NCBI GenBank assembly: GCA_002454045.1
Contig: DKID01000015.1
Location: forward strand, 15,118-79,117
Length of the DNA stretch: 64,000 nt
Direction: 5' to 3'
DNA from: Nitrospina sp. UBA6727
Lineage (GTDB): Bacteria > Nitrospinota > Nitrospinia > Nitrospinales > VA-1
Positions 1-8,023 of this stretch are shown here, one piece after another. The notes beneath the pieces were generated by a model that made no database searches, was not told the DNA's origin, and saw only the letters and a program-made list of their open reading frames with translations. The translations under genes and the position numbers were made by a program. Within the stretch, counting starts at the first letter, position 1. Every line of letters begins with the position of its first letter.

Positions 1-509
1 GCGCCAGCATCATAAACGACATAACGGGCTTGCAAAAATTTTCCGACATGGCGAAAGTCATCGCCGAGTTTCGCGCCGCCGTGATTTTGATGCACATGCA
101 GGGAACGCCGCCGACCATGCAGGACAACCCGCAATACGCGGACGTGCTGGATGAAGTTGCAGAATTTTTAAAGCGAAGTATAACCACCGCCGTTTCCGCG
201 GGAATTGATGCGAATAAAATCGCCGTCGATCCCGGCATCGGATTCGGCAAAACCGATTCCCACAATCTTTTGATACTGAAAAATTTGCAGCGCTTGACGG
301 AATTGGGCAAGCCGATACTGTTGGGGATTTCAAGAAAATCCTTAATCGGAAACATATTAAACGTGTCGGTTGGCGAACGACTTGAAGGCTCCCTCGCCGC
401 CGCCGTATGCGGGATAATCCACGGCGCATCGATCATTCGCACCCACGATGTGCAAGCAACTCGCGCGGCGGTGAAAGTCGCCGAGTCAATCATGAACGAA
501 AAAGGTTGA
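1..509 (+). CDS. folP: dihydropteroate synthase, C-terminal part (5' end lies outside the window)
   Basis: The frame is open from the window edge (codons phased from position 3) to the stop at 507-509. Pterin-binding-domain motifs are present: MHMQGTP, DPGIGFGK, IIRTHDV. Confidence 0.85.
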   Translation, partial: ASIINDITGLQKFSDMAKVIAEFRAAVILMHMQGTPPTMQDNPQYADVLDEVAEFLKRSITTAVSAGIDANKIAVDPGIGFGKTDSHNLLILKNLQRLTELGKPILLGISRKSLIGNILNVSVGERLEGSLAAAVCGIIHGASIIRTHDVQATRAAVKVAESIMNEKG

Positions 510-514
510 TCGCC

Positions 515-1252
515 GTGATCCGTTTATTTGTTAATGTCGACCACGTTGCCACCGTCCGTGAAGCGAGAAAGACGATTGAGCCGAGTCCGATGAAAGCGGC
601 TCTGCTGGCGGAGAAGGCGGGCGTGCAGGGAATCACGATTCATTTGCGCGAAGACCGCCGTCACATTCAGGATGACGATGTGCGACTTATTCAAAAAAAG
701 ATCAGCACGAAATTGAATCTGGAAATGGCACCCGCCCGGGAGATGGTGGATTTGGCGCTTGCGATTCAGCCGCACCAAGTTTCGCTGGTCCCCGAACGAC
801 GTCAAGAAATTACGACGGAGGGCGGTCTGGATGTTTGCTCCCAAGAAAAATCGTTGTCGAAAATCCGCGAAGAAATTCAGAGCAAAGGAATTTTGTTCAG
901 TTTGTTCATCGACCCCGACTTGGCGCAGGTGGATGCTTCGCAAAGAATCCGGGCAGACAGCATAGAAATCAACACGGGCAAATACACGGAACTTGTGTCG
1001 CCCGACGAAATTGAAATGGAACTGGAGCGGATACGGAAGAGCGCGAAGAGAGGCGCCGAACACGGTTTGAAAATTTTTGCCGGCCACGGTTTGAATTATG
1101 AAAACGTGCAAGCCATCGCGGCCATCCCGGAAATTGAGGAACTTAACATCGGCCACTTCATCGTGGGGCAGGCGATTTATTGCGGGATGGAAAATGCCGT
1201 GACCGCGATGATTCGCTCCATCGAGATTGGCAGAACGCAACGAAGAAATTAA
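515..1252 (+). CDS. pdxJ: pyridoxine 5'-phosphate synthase
   Basis: A GTG at 515 gives 245 aa, a typical PdxJ length. Motifs: VNVDHVATVREAR, IHLREDRRHI, AGHGLNY. The longer ORF from 407 would overlap folP. Confidence 0.9.
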   Translation: MIRLFVNVDHVATVREARKTIEPSPMKAALLAEKAGVQGITIHLREDRRHIQDDDVRLIQKKISTKLNLEMAPAREMVDLALAIQPHQVSLVPERRQEITTEGGLDVCSQEKSLSKIREEIQSKGILFSLFIDPDLAQVDASQRIRADSIEINTGKYTELVSPDEIEMELERIRKSAKRGAEHGLKIFAGHGLNYENVQAIAAIPEIEELNIGHFIVGQAIYCGMENAVTAMIRSIEIGRTQRRN

Positions 1253-1291
1253 TCGCGCAAGATTGCCGACAGGTTTGTCAGCAAGATTGTA

Positions 1292-1320
1292 TTGACTTGA
1301 ATTTGCAAACTCTGCATACT
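1292..1320 (+). promoter_or_regulatory. candidate sigma70-type promoter for gap-tpiA-secG
   Basis: TTGACT (1292-1297), 17-nt spacer, CATACT (1315-1320), about 90 nt upstream of the gap ATG. A direct repeat GCAAGATTG (1256-1264 and 1281-1289) lies just upstream. Confidence 0.3.
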
Positions 1321-1408
1321 CCCCTTGTTCCCTCTACTCTCGCTATCCCTCAAGTAGTTTGATTTTTATTCCTTCAACGAGTTTTTTCTGAAAGGTCGTT
1401 TTATAAAA

Positions 1409-2422
1409 ATGACAACGAAGGTCGGCATCAATGGTTTCGGGCGCATCGGCAGGTCGGTGTTGAAGTGCATATTGGACGATGCCGACTGCGCGGATTTTGA
1501 AATCGCGGCCATCAATGATTTAACTGACCCGGTCACCTTGGCGCATCTTTTGAAGTACGATTCCGTTCAAGGCGTTGCCCATCATGATGTGCGAGCGAAT
1601 TCCGATGGACTAATCGTAAACGGGAAACATATAAAAACTATTTCCGAAGACGACCCCAGCAACCTTCCGTGGAAACGGTTGGGAGTGGAATTTGTCATTG
1701 AGGCCACCGGGCGATTCACCAAGCGTGATGCGGCGGATAAACATATCGCGGCAGGCGCAAAAAAAGTCATCATCTCCGCCCCGGTAAAAAATCCAGACGT
1801 GACAATCGTCTTGAGCGTGAACGAAGAATCTTACGTTCCTTCCGACCATCACATTATTTCCAACGCTTCCTGTACGACGAACTGCTTGGCGCCGGTGGCC
1901 AAAGTTTTGCACGAAAAGTTCGTGATTAAAAAAGGACTGATGACGACCATCCATTCCTATACCAACGACCAGAAAATTCTTGACTTGCCGCACCCAGATT
2001 TTAGGCGGGCGCGGGCGGCGAGTCTTTCGATAATCCCAACCACTACCGGCGCCGCAACCGCGGTGGCGTTGGTCTTGCCCGCCATTAAAGGCAAACTTGA
2101 CGGGATGGCTGTCCGCGTGCCGACTCCCAATGTGTCGCTGATTGACTTAGTGGTGGTGGTCGAGAAAAACACGACCGCGGAAAAAGTTAACGAAGCATTC
2201 AAAGAAGCCGCCCGCGGTCCCATGGCGAATATAATGCGGTTTGAGGATAAACCTTTGGTGTCCGTGGATTTCAACGGCGACGCTTGTTCGGCAATCATCG
2301 ACGGAATTTCCACCAAAGTCATCGCCGATAACATGGTGAAAGTTTTGGCATGGTATGACAACGAGTGGGGCTACTCCAATCGCGTCAAAGACCTTTTGAA
2401 GTTTGTGATAAGCCGCAGTTAA
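1409..2422 (+). CDS. gap: type I glyceraldehyde-3-phosphate dehydrogenase
   Basis: 337 aa with INGFGRIGR Rossmann N-terminus, active-site SNASCTTNCLAP, and WYDNEWGYS near the C-terminus. Confidence 0.95.
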   Translation: MTTKVGINGFGRIGRSVLKCILDDADCADFEIAAINDLTDPVTLAHLLKYDSVQGVAHHDVRANSDGLIVNGKHIKTISEDDPSNLPWKRLGVEFVIEATGRFTKRDAADKHIAAGAKKVIISAPVKNPDVTIVLSVNEESYVPSDHHIISNASCTTNCLAPVAKVLHEKFVIKKGLMTTIHSYTNDQKILDLPHPDFRRARAASLSIIPTTTGAATAVALVLPAIKGKLDGMAVRVPTPNVSLIDLVVVVEKNTTAEKVNEAFKEAARGPMANIMRFEDKPLVSVDFNGDACSAIIDGISTKVIADNMVKVLAWYDNEWGYSNRVKDLLKFVISRS

Positions 2423-2475
2423 TTTCCGCGCTGCCAATTCGTTTGAATTTCCCCATTTCTAAAGATAGGTTTTAA

Positions 2476-3243
2476 GTGACCGCCCCGTTACCGCTCGTCA
2501 TCGGCAATTGGAAAATGAATATGTTGACTGCGCAAGCCTGCGAGATGGCGCGGTCGTTGGTCGACAGATTGTCAACGGTTGACGGAATAGAAGTGGTCAT
2601 CGCGCCGCCGTTCACATCACTGCATCCCGTTGCTCAGATTATAAAAAATTCCCGCCTGAGTTTAGCGGCGCAAAATTTTTATTTTGAAAACAACGGAGCC
2701 TATACCGGAGAAGTCTCGTTGGAAATGTTACGAGACGTCGGCTGCGATTTTGCTTTGGTCGGCCATTCGGAAAGGCGCGGTTCATTTGGGGAGAGCGATG
2801 ACGCCGTCAACAAAAAAGTCCGCCGCGCCGTTCAGATGGGCGTCACCGCGGTGGTTTGCGTCGGCGAAACTTTAGGGCAGAGAAAATCCGGCGCGACTTC
2901 AAACATTATTGAAACTCAGTTATCCAAAAGTTTGGCGGGGTTATCGGGCGAAGATATATCCAAATTGGTAATTGCGTATGAACCCGTTTGGGCTGTCGGA
3001 ACCGGCGTCCACGCAACCGCGGCGCAAGTTGTTGACGTCCATAAACTCATCAGAATGATCTTGCGTGAGAGATTGAGTTTTCCTGAAAAAGCGGCGGCGC
3101 GAATTCTCTACGGCGGAAGTGTCGGCCCAGAAAATAGCAAGCAACTTTTGCGGGAGAAACAAATCGACGGCGTGCTCGTGGGCGCGGCCAGTCTGGACTT
3201 TGAATCATTTTGTGCTATCATCAACTCCGCGCTCGAATCATAA
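2476..3243 (+). CDS. tpiA: triose-phosphate isomerase
   Basis: GTG start, 255 aa. Motifs: GNWKMN, LVGHSERR, AYEPVWAVGTG, YGGSV. Confidence 0.9.
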   Translation: MTAPLPLVIGNWKMNMLTAQACEMARSLVDRLSTVDGIEVVIAPPFTSLHPVAQIIKNSRLSLAAQNFYFENNGAYTGEVSLEMLRDVGCDFALVGHSERRGSFGESDDAVNKKVRRAVQMGVTAVVCVGETLGQRKSGATSNIIETQLSKSLAGLSGEDISKLVIAYEPVWAVGTGVHATAAQVVDVHKLIRMILRERLSFPEKAAARILYGGSVGPENSKQLLREKQIDGVLVGAASLDFESFCAIINSALES

Positions 3244-3314
3244 ACCGTTTTTGGCCATGATTGGCAACTCGCCGCGGACAGTCCGCAACGGGTCGGCGTC
3301 GTTCTAAATCAACG

Positions 3315-3629
3315 ATGAATACATTAATTACAATATTGCATGTGCTCGCGGCGTTTTGTTTAATCCTTACCGTACTTTTGCAATCGGGCAAAGGCGCGGC
3401 GATGGGTTCGGGCCTCGGCGGCGGTAGTAGCCAGACGATGTTCGGCAGTAGCGGCGCCGGGAATTTTCTCACCAAGTTGACGACGGGCATCGCCATTTTA
3501 TTTATGGTCACCTCCTTGACCTTGGCGACCTTTTCAAACAAAAATAAATCCAGTTCTGTGATGCAGAATGTTGAGGAGTCCGTCCCCGAAAACACAACGG
3601 AATCCAGAGAACCTGCATCTTCAAATTAA
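3315..3629 (+). CDS. secG: preprotein translocase subunit SecG
   Basis: The internal ATG at 3315 gives 104 aa. There is an N-terminal TM helix followed by LLQSGKGAAMGSGLGGGSSQTMFG, the SecG Gly-rich signature. It sits downstream of tpiA and upstream of tRNA-Leu, as in the E. coli secG-leuU arrangement. Confidence 0.8.
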   Translation: MNTLITILHVLAAFCLILTVLLQSGKGAAMGSGLGGGSSQTMFGSSGAGNFLTKLTTGIAILFMVTSLTLATFSNKNKSSSVMQNVEESVPENTTESREPASSN

Positions 3630-3659
3630 AATCTCCTCGCACGACGACGCGCGCAGGAT

Positions 3660-3744
3660 GCCGATGTGGTGGAACTGGTAGACACGTGCGCTTGAGGGGC
3701 GTATGGAGCAATCCGTGGGAGTTCGACTCTCCCCATCGGCACCA
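3660..3744 (+). tRNA. tRNA-Leu (anticodon GAG), CCA encoded
   Basis: 85 nt. Acceptor GCCGATG/CATCGGC, anticodon arm TGCGC-TTGAGGG-GCGTA, long variable arm, T-arm GGGAG-TTCGACT-CTCCC, discriminator A plus CCA. Confidence 0.9.
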
Positions 3745-3779
3745 GTTTCAAATATCAGGTTCCGAAATTACCTCATCGA

Positions 3780-4142
3780 ATGAATCCCGCCACCTTGCAA
3801 GAGTTATTTTCCTCGCCCGGTTTTCTCGCTATATTTTTTGCGATACTTTTGACCATTGCCAACATCGTCGTCGGCGTGAGCATTCTTCCCCGCCGCCAGC
3901 GTGAACGTGAAAAAGGTTTCTGGATTCATCGCTTACTTTTCGCCGCGGTAATTTTATGTTACGCCGTGTTTTTATTTTATCTCCATCAAATTTCCCGACC
4001 ATCCATTTTTGCTAACATCGTTTTTGGATACCTCCTCCTCGCCGTTCCGCTTAGTAGAAGGCTCAACGTGACGTTGCACGCCGTGATTGCCTCCGTCGGG
4101 TTGGTCCTCATCACCGTTGTTGCGGTACTTAATTTGGTATGA
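3780..4142 (+). CDS. hypothetical membrane protein (about 4 predicted TM segments)
   Basis: 120-aa ORF with an ATG start. Hydrophobic stretches alternate with short basic loops. No recognisable motif. Confidence 0.5.
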   Translation: MNPATLQELFSSPGFLAIFFAILLTIANIVVGVSILPRRQREREKGFWIHRLLFAAVILCYAVFLFYLHQISRPSIFANIVFGYLLLAVPLSRRLNVTLHAVIASVGLVLITVVAVLNLV

Positions 4143-4239
4143 TTAAATTTTACCGCGGGTTTTGTTTCCCGTAACTCGCCGCGTTTTTTGAATTGACATT
4201 TTCGCGCGCGGAACCTCCGTACGAAAAACGGTCGTCGCA

Positions 4240-5586
4240 ATGAAAAAATTTGATGTGTTGGTGTTAGGGGGAGGATTAGCCGGAGTTTCTGCCGCTCTCC
4301 GCGTGGCGGAACTGGGCGGCAAAGTTTGTCTGATTGAAAAAGGTGATGTCGGCACGGCGGGTTTTCAAAGAAGGAACACGCTCTTCGCGGAACCCCGCCG
4401 TCCCGTCTCGCCTTCCATAAGTTGGAACGAATACCGCGTAACTTTGGCGGCGGTGACCGAGGAATACTGTCGGTCGATGAAGAAAAAATTGGATGCCGCA
4501 GGCGTGTCGGTCATAACGGGAAAGGGAATGATGACGGCGGCGACGGAGCTCTGCGTTCAAAAAAAAGATGGCGAGGATTTGCTGTTGCAGGGAAAATCGT
4601 TGATTCTCGCTTGCGGTTCGAAAACAAGATTTCGATCCACGTTGCCCCGCGAAGACGGCGTCGTAATATCCATTGAGGAAGTCGCCCAACTTCCGACGCT
4701 TCCCGAAAATATTCTCGTCATCGGCGGTGGTGTGTTCGCCAGCGAGACGGCGGTCGGGCTTCGGAAAAGAGGATGCAAAGTTTTTCTCTGCTACGAGCAA
4801 AAAGAATTATTCCCGGAAATGGACGCGGACTTCAATGTTGCAATCGAGCGTCAGTTAAAAGAAAAAAAAATCAAAATCCTCGCGGGAAAAAAAATAGTTT
4901 CATTTTATAAAAACGGCGCGGAACTTAAAATCACTTTGGAAACGAACATCAAGTTTTCGGTGCACCAAATAATCATCGCCGGCGACCGATCGGGCGTTGC
5001 AGAAATTTCCGCCGTCGAAAAGTTTGGGATTCGTTGCGGCGAACATCAAAAAATCTTTGTCGATGAAAGTATGATGACGAGTTTGCCCGGAGTGTACGCC
5101 GTCGGTAGCATTGCCGGCGACTTAACTTCCGACACGCTCGCCCAAGAGGAAGGCCGAGTTGCCGCGGAAAATGCGTTGGGGAAAAAAAGGCAATTGAACC
5201 GGGAATGGGTTGCGCAAGTTGCGCGCCTCTTTCCCAACGCGGCTTATGTCGGGTGCAATATGAAGACGGCGGGCCACCGCGGGTTTCACCCCGTTGAAGG
5301 GATATTCGACGGCGGCGGTGGTGACGGTGACGGCGGCGGCGAAAATTTATCGTCGCTCCGTCCTGCGGAAAAATATAAAATCATCGCGGATAAAAGGTCG
5401 CGCTTAATCATCGGAGCGCAAATCATTTCCGATCAGTCCGCGGATTGGATTGCAATGCTTTTGTTGTTGATCAAAAAAGGAATCACGGTCGGCAATCTGG
5501 CACACTCCATCAGTTCCGAGGAGGCGAAAATAAAGGGCTTGAGCGACGCGGCGAAAAATTGTTTGCTCGCCATAAAGTCCCCGTGA
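4240..5586 (+). CDS. FAD-dependent pyridine nucleotide-disulfide oxidoreductase family protein (dihydrolipoyl dehydrogenase-like, lacks the CxxxxC redox centre)
   Basis: 448 aa. N-terminal FAD fold DVLVLGGGLAGVSAA, second Rossmann fold ILVIGGGVFASE, GVYAVGSIAGD, and C-terminal dimerisation-domain-like HSISSEE. The usual GGTCxxxGCxP site reads GDVGTAGFQRRN. Confidence 0.75.
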   Translation: MKKFDVLVLGGGLAGVSAALRVAELGGKVCLIEKGDVGTAGFQRRNTLFAEPRRPVSPSISWNEYRVTLAAVTEEYCRSMKKKLDAAGVSVITGKGMMTAATELCVQKKDGEDLLLQGKSLILACGSKTRFRSTLPREDGVVISIEEVAQLPTLPENILVIGGGVFASETAVGLRKRGCKVFLCYEQKELFPEMDADFNVAIERQLKEKKIKILAGKKIVSFYKNGAELKITLETNIKFSVHQIIIAGDRSGVAEISAVEKFGIRCGEHQKIFVDESMMTSLPGVYAVGSIAGDLTSDTLAQEEGRVAAENALGKKRQLNREWVAQVARLFPNAAYVGCNMKTAGHRGFHPVEGIFDGGGGDGDGGGENLSSLRPAEKYKIIADKRSRLIIGAQIISDQSADWIAMLLLLIKKGITVGNLAHSISSEEAKIKGLSDAAKNCLLAIKSP

Positions 5587-5730
5587 CCAGGCGATTTTAG
5601 TCCACTTGCTTCTTGTCTTGACTGAGCGTTTTAGTTATGCTACAAACCGAAACTTTGACGGTCAATGACGGTCTGTCGATGAGGTCTTAAGTGGCGCGGA
5701 GTCCGCATAAAATCAGCGCGATTGAGTTTT

Positions 5731-6291
5731 ATGGCTGAAGCAGAATTAAAAAAAACGGCGGCGTCTAAGGATTCAAAAGAGGAGCAAAGGAAAGACGCGG
5801 CGCGGGGAACAATTTGGTCGCGTCGGGAATTTTTCTCGCTGGCGGGATGGGCTGGATTTTTAGCCTCCTTGGGGTTGTCCGCCCTGTACTTCACGCGGTT
5901 GCTATTCCCCCGCGTTCTCTTCGAGCCTTCCCCGGTATTCAAGGCGGGAAGTCCCAGCGACTACACGGTCGGTGAAGTCAGCACCAAATGGGTTAAGGAC
6001 CAACGCGTTTGGATTGTCCGCGATGATGAAGGGATTTACGTCATCTTCGCATTATGCACGCATTTGGGATGCACTCCGCGGTGGTTGAAATCGGAGAGCA
6101 AATACAAATGCCCGTGTCACGGTAGCGGTTTCACCAAGGAGGGGATGAATTTTGAAGGCCCGGCGCCGAGGCCGTTGGAGCGTTTGAAAATCGCTCTCGC
6201 CCCGGATGGTCAAATCATCATCGACAAAAGTAAATCGTATCGATTTGAAAGAGGTCAGTGGGGCAAACCCGGCTCTAAACTTTTGGTCTAA
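5731..6291 (+). CDS. Rieske [2Fe-2S] subunit of a cytochrome b complex, Tat-exported
   Basis: Twin-arginine signal SRREFF followed by a TM helix. Cluster ligand boxes CTHLGC and CPCHGS. An alternative TTG start lies at 5722. Confidence 0.9.
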   Translation: MAEAELKKTAASKDSKEEQRKDAARGTIWSRREFFSLAGWAGFLASLGLSALYFTRLLFPRVLFEPSPVFKAGSPSDYTVGEVSTKWVKDQRVWIVRDDEGIYVIFALCTHLGCTPRWLKSESKYKCPCHGSGFTKEGMNFEGPAPRPLERLKIALAPDGQIIIDKSKSYRFERGQWGKPGSKLLV

Positions 6292-6355
6292 TCGTCGGCG
6301 ACTGATTTCTGATATTTCCGCTGTGAAGGTGTCGGCGCGACGGCGATGAAATTAT
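6291..6355. repeat. possible degenerate copy (E) of the GTCACCGTCG/AAATGAAATC extragenic repeat family
   Basis: GGCGACTGATTTCTGATATTTCCGC and CGACGGCGATGAAATT resemble the cores of copies at 31775-31815 and 33955-34030. This is a weak match. Confidence 0.25.
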
Positions 6356-6376
6356 GTTTTGATGGAGGTTTGAGTT

Positions 6377-7207
6377 TTGGCAAATAATTCACCGCAGATT
6401 CCGAAGGTTGCGGAATTGATGGACAAAATTAAAAGCGGCAAGATTTTCAGCGAGATCGCCAAAGAAATTACAGAGTCGCAGATATGGACATCTGCCTTCC
6501 GCCACGGTTATGCCGACACACCTCGCAACCGCGTTCTGCAAATTGCCAGCAACGTCTGGTTGCATCTTCACCCCGTAAAGATTCAACGCCACGCCCTGCG
6601 AATAAAATTCACTTGGTGCATGGGGGGAATCACTTTTCTCCTGTTCCTTTCCACGGTGGTGACCGGCGTGATTCTGATGTTTTACTACAGGCCGGTCGGG
6701 GAGTATGCCTACTACGATATGAAGTATCTGCAATACGACGTCCCCTTCGGTATGCTCATGCGAAACATGCATCGTTGGGCGGCGCACGCCATGGTCATCA
6801 CCGTGTGGTTGCATATGTTCCGCGTTTTCTTGACCGGCTCGTATAAACCGCCGCGCGAATTCAACTGGGTCATCGGCGTGTTCTTGGTGACGTTCACCCT
6901 GCTTCTGAGTTTCACCGGTTACCTCCTGCCGTGGGATCAATTGGCGATGTGGGCGGTCACCGTCGGCACCAACATGGCGCGCGCCACGCCGTTTCTCGGC
7001 AACGAAGGTCCGTTTGCGGAATTCATCGGCGCGACCCCGCGGTATGACGTCCGCGCCATGCTGATAGGGGGAAGCGTGGTGGGCCCTCCCGCGCTGTTGC
7101 GGTTTTATGTACTGCATTGCATTTTCATTCCTCTGGTTGCCGGAGCCTTGATGATTGTGCACTTCTGGCGAATCCGCAAGGACGGTGGAATTTCCGGCCC
7201 TCTTTGA
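6377..7207 (+). CDS. cytochrome b, N-terminal (b6-type) subunit
   Basis: TTG start 9 nt after GGAGG, 276 aa. Haem-ligand helices [23 protein letters not shown] and [11 protein letters not shown]. Confidence 0.9.
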   Translation: MANNSPQIPKVAELMDKIKSGKIFSEIAKEITESQIWTSAFRHGYADTPRNRVLQIASNVWLHLHPVKIQRHALRIKFTWCMGGITFLLFLSTVVTGVILMFYYRPVGEYAYYDMKYLQYDVPFGMLMRNMHRWAAHAMVITVWLHMFRVFLTGSYKPPREFNWVIGVFLVTFTLLLSFTGYLLPWDQLAMWAVTVGTNMARATPFLGNEGPFAEFIGATPRYDVRAMLIGGSVVGPPALLRFYVLHCIFIPLVAGALMIVHFWRIRKDGGISGPL

Positions 7208-7241
7208 AAAGGGCAGACTTTTTATTTTGGGCAAGGGAAAT

Positions 7242-8000
7242 ATGGCTGAAGCGGCGGCACCACGAAAAAGAGTAAAGGGCGTTCCAGAGAAACTCCACGT
7301 ATGGCCGTACCTAGTTCGGTTGGAATTTCTTTGCGCCATCCTCACCATCGTTGCTCTCACGGTATGGTCTATCGTCATCGATGCGCCGTTGGAAGAAGCG
7401 GCGAACCCGACGAAAACCCCCAACCCTTCCAAAGCACCTTGGTATTTTCTCGGACTTCAAGACGTCCTAGTTTATTTTGACCCGTGGTTCGCCGGCGTGG
7501 TTGCTCCCTCCCTCATCATCGTTGGCCTGATGCTGATTCCGTACCTGGATGTGAATCCTAAAGGGAACGGGTATTACACCTACCACGAAAGAAAAGCGGC
7601 GATATGGATTTACTGCTTCGGCTTTCTGGTACTCTGGATTGCTTTGATTATCATGGGCGTGTTCCTCCGGGGACCGGGCTGGAACTTGTTTATGCCCTGG
7701 CAATATTGGGACCCGCATAAAGTTGTGGCTTTGGTCAACGTCGATCTTCCTTATGCTTTTGGGGTGCGGACTTACAACGGCGCGATGCTTTTTGGCGGTG
7801 CGGTCGTACTGGGATATTTTGGAGTAGGCACGGTAATCTATTTTTTCATGGAACGTAAGGCGCTCAAGAATGTTGGCTTCTTGCGAATGTTCCTAAAAAT
7901 TGAACTCTTCCTCGTCATGATGGCCATCGTCATCAAAATTATTCTCAGGCTAGGTTTTAACATCAAGTATGTATGGGTGACGCCTTGGTTTAATATCTAA
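7242..8000 (+). CDS. cytochrome b C-terminal half / subunit IV-like protein
   Basis: ATG at 7242, 252 aa, multiple TM helices. The KAPWYFLGLQD motif corresponds to the PEWY region of cyt b / b6f subunit IV. Confidence 0.8.
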   Translation: MAEAAAPRKRVKGVPEKLHVWPYLVRLEFLCAILTIVALTVWSIVIDAPLEEAANPTKTPNPSKAPWYFLGLQDVLVYFDPWFAGVVAPSLIIVGLMLIPYLDVNPKGNGYYTYHERKAAIWIYCFGFLVLWIALIIMGVFLRGPGWNLFMPWQYWDPHKVVALVNVDLPYAFGVRTYNGAMLFGGAVVLGYFGVGTVIYFFMERKALKNVGFLRMFLKIELFLVMMAIVIKIILRLGFNIKYVWVTPWFNI

Positions 8001-8023
8001 CTGATTCAGGATCGGGAAACACG

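Noticed and set aside
4190-4200. The 11-mer GAATTGACATT is shared between 4190-4200 and 34040-34050, and was considered as a common regulatory site.
   Set aside because: There are only two occurrences. It contains a generic TTGACA -35-like hexamer. At 4193 no acceptable -10 follows at 16-18 nt spacing.
5308-5355. Idea that the Gly/Asp insertion in the flavoprotein is an in-frame copy of the extragenic repeat.
   Set aside because: Similarity is limited to GAC/GGT/GGC triplets. The nearby AAAATCATCG match falls in a segment encoding a conserved part of the fold (KYKIIA), so coincidence is more likely.
6389-7432. A 347-aa ORF on the minus strand spanning the cytochrome b genes.
   Set aside because: It is entirely antisense to two well-supported cytochrome b genes. 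The translation is Arg/Gly/His-rich low complexity without motifs, which is typical of a shadow ORF in GC-rich coding sequence.
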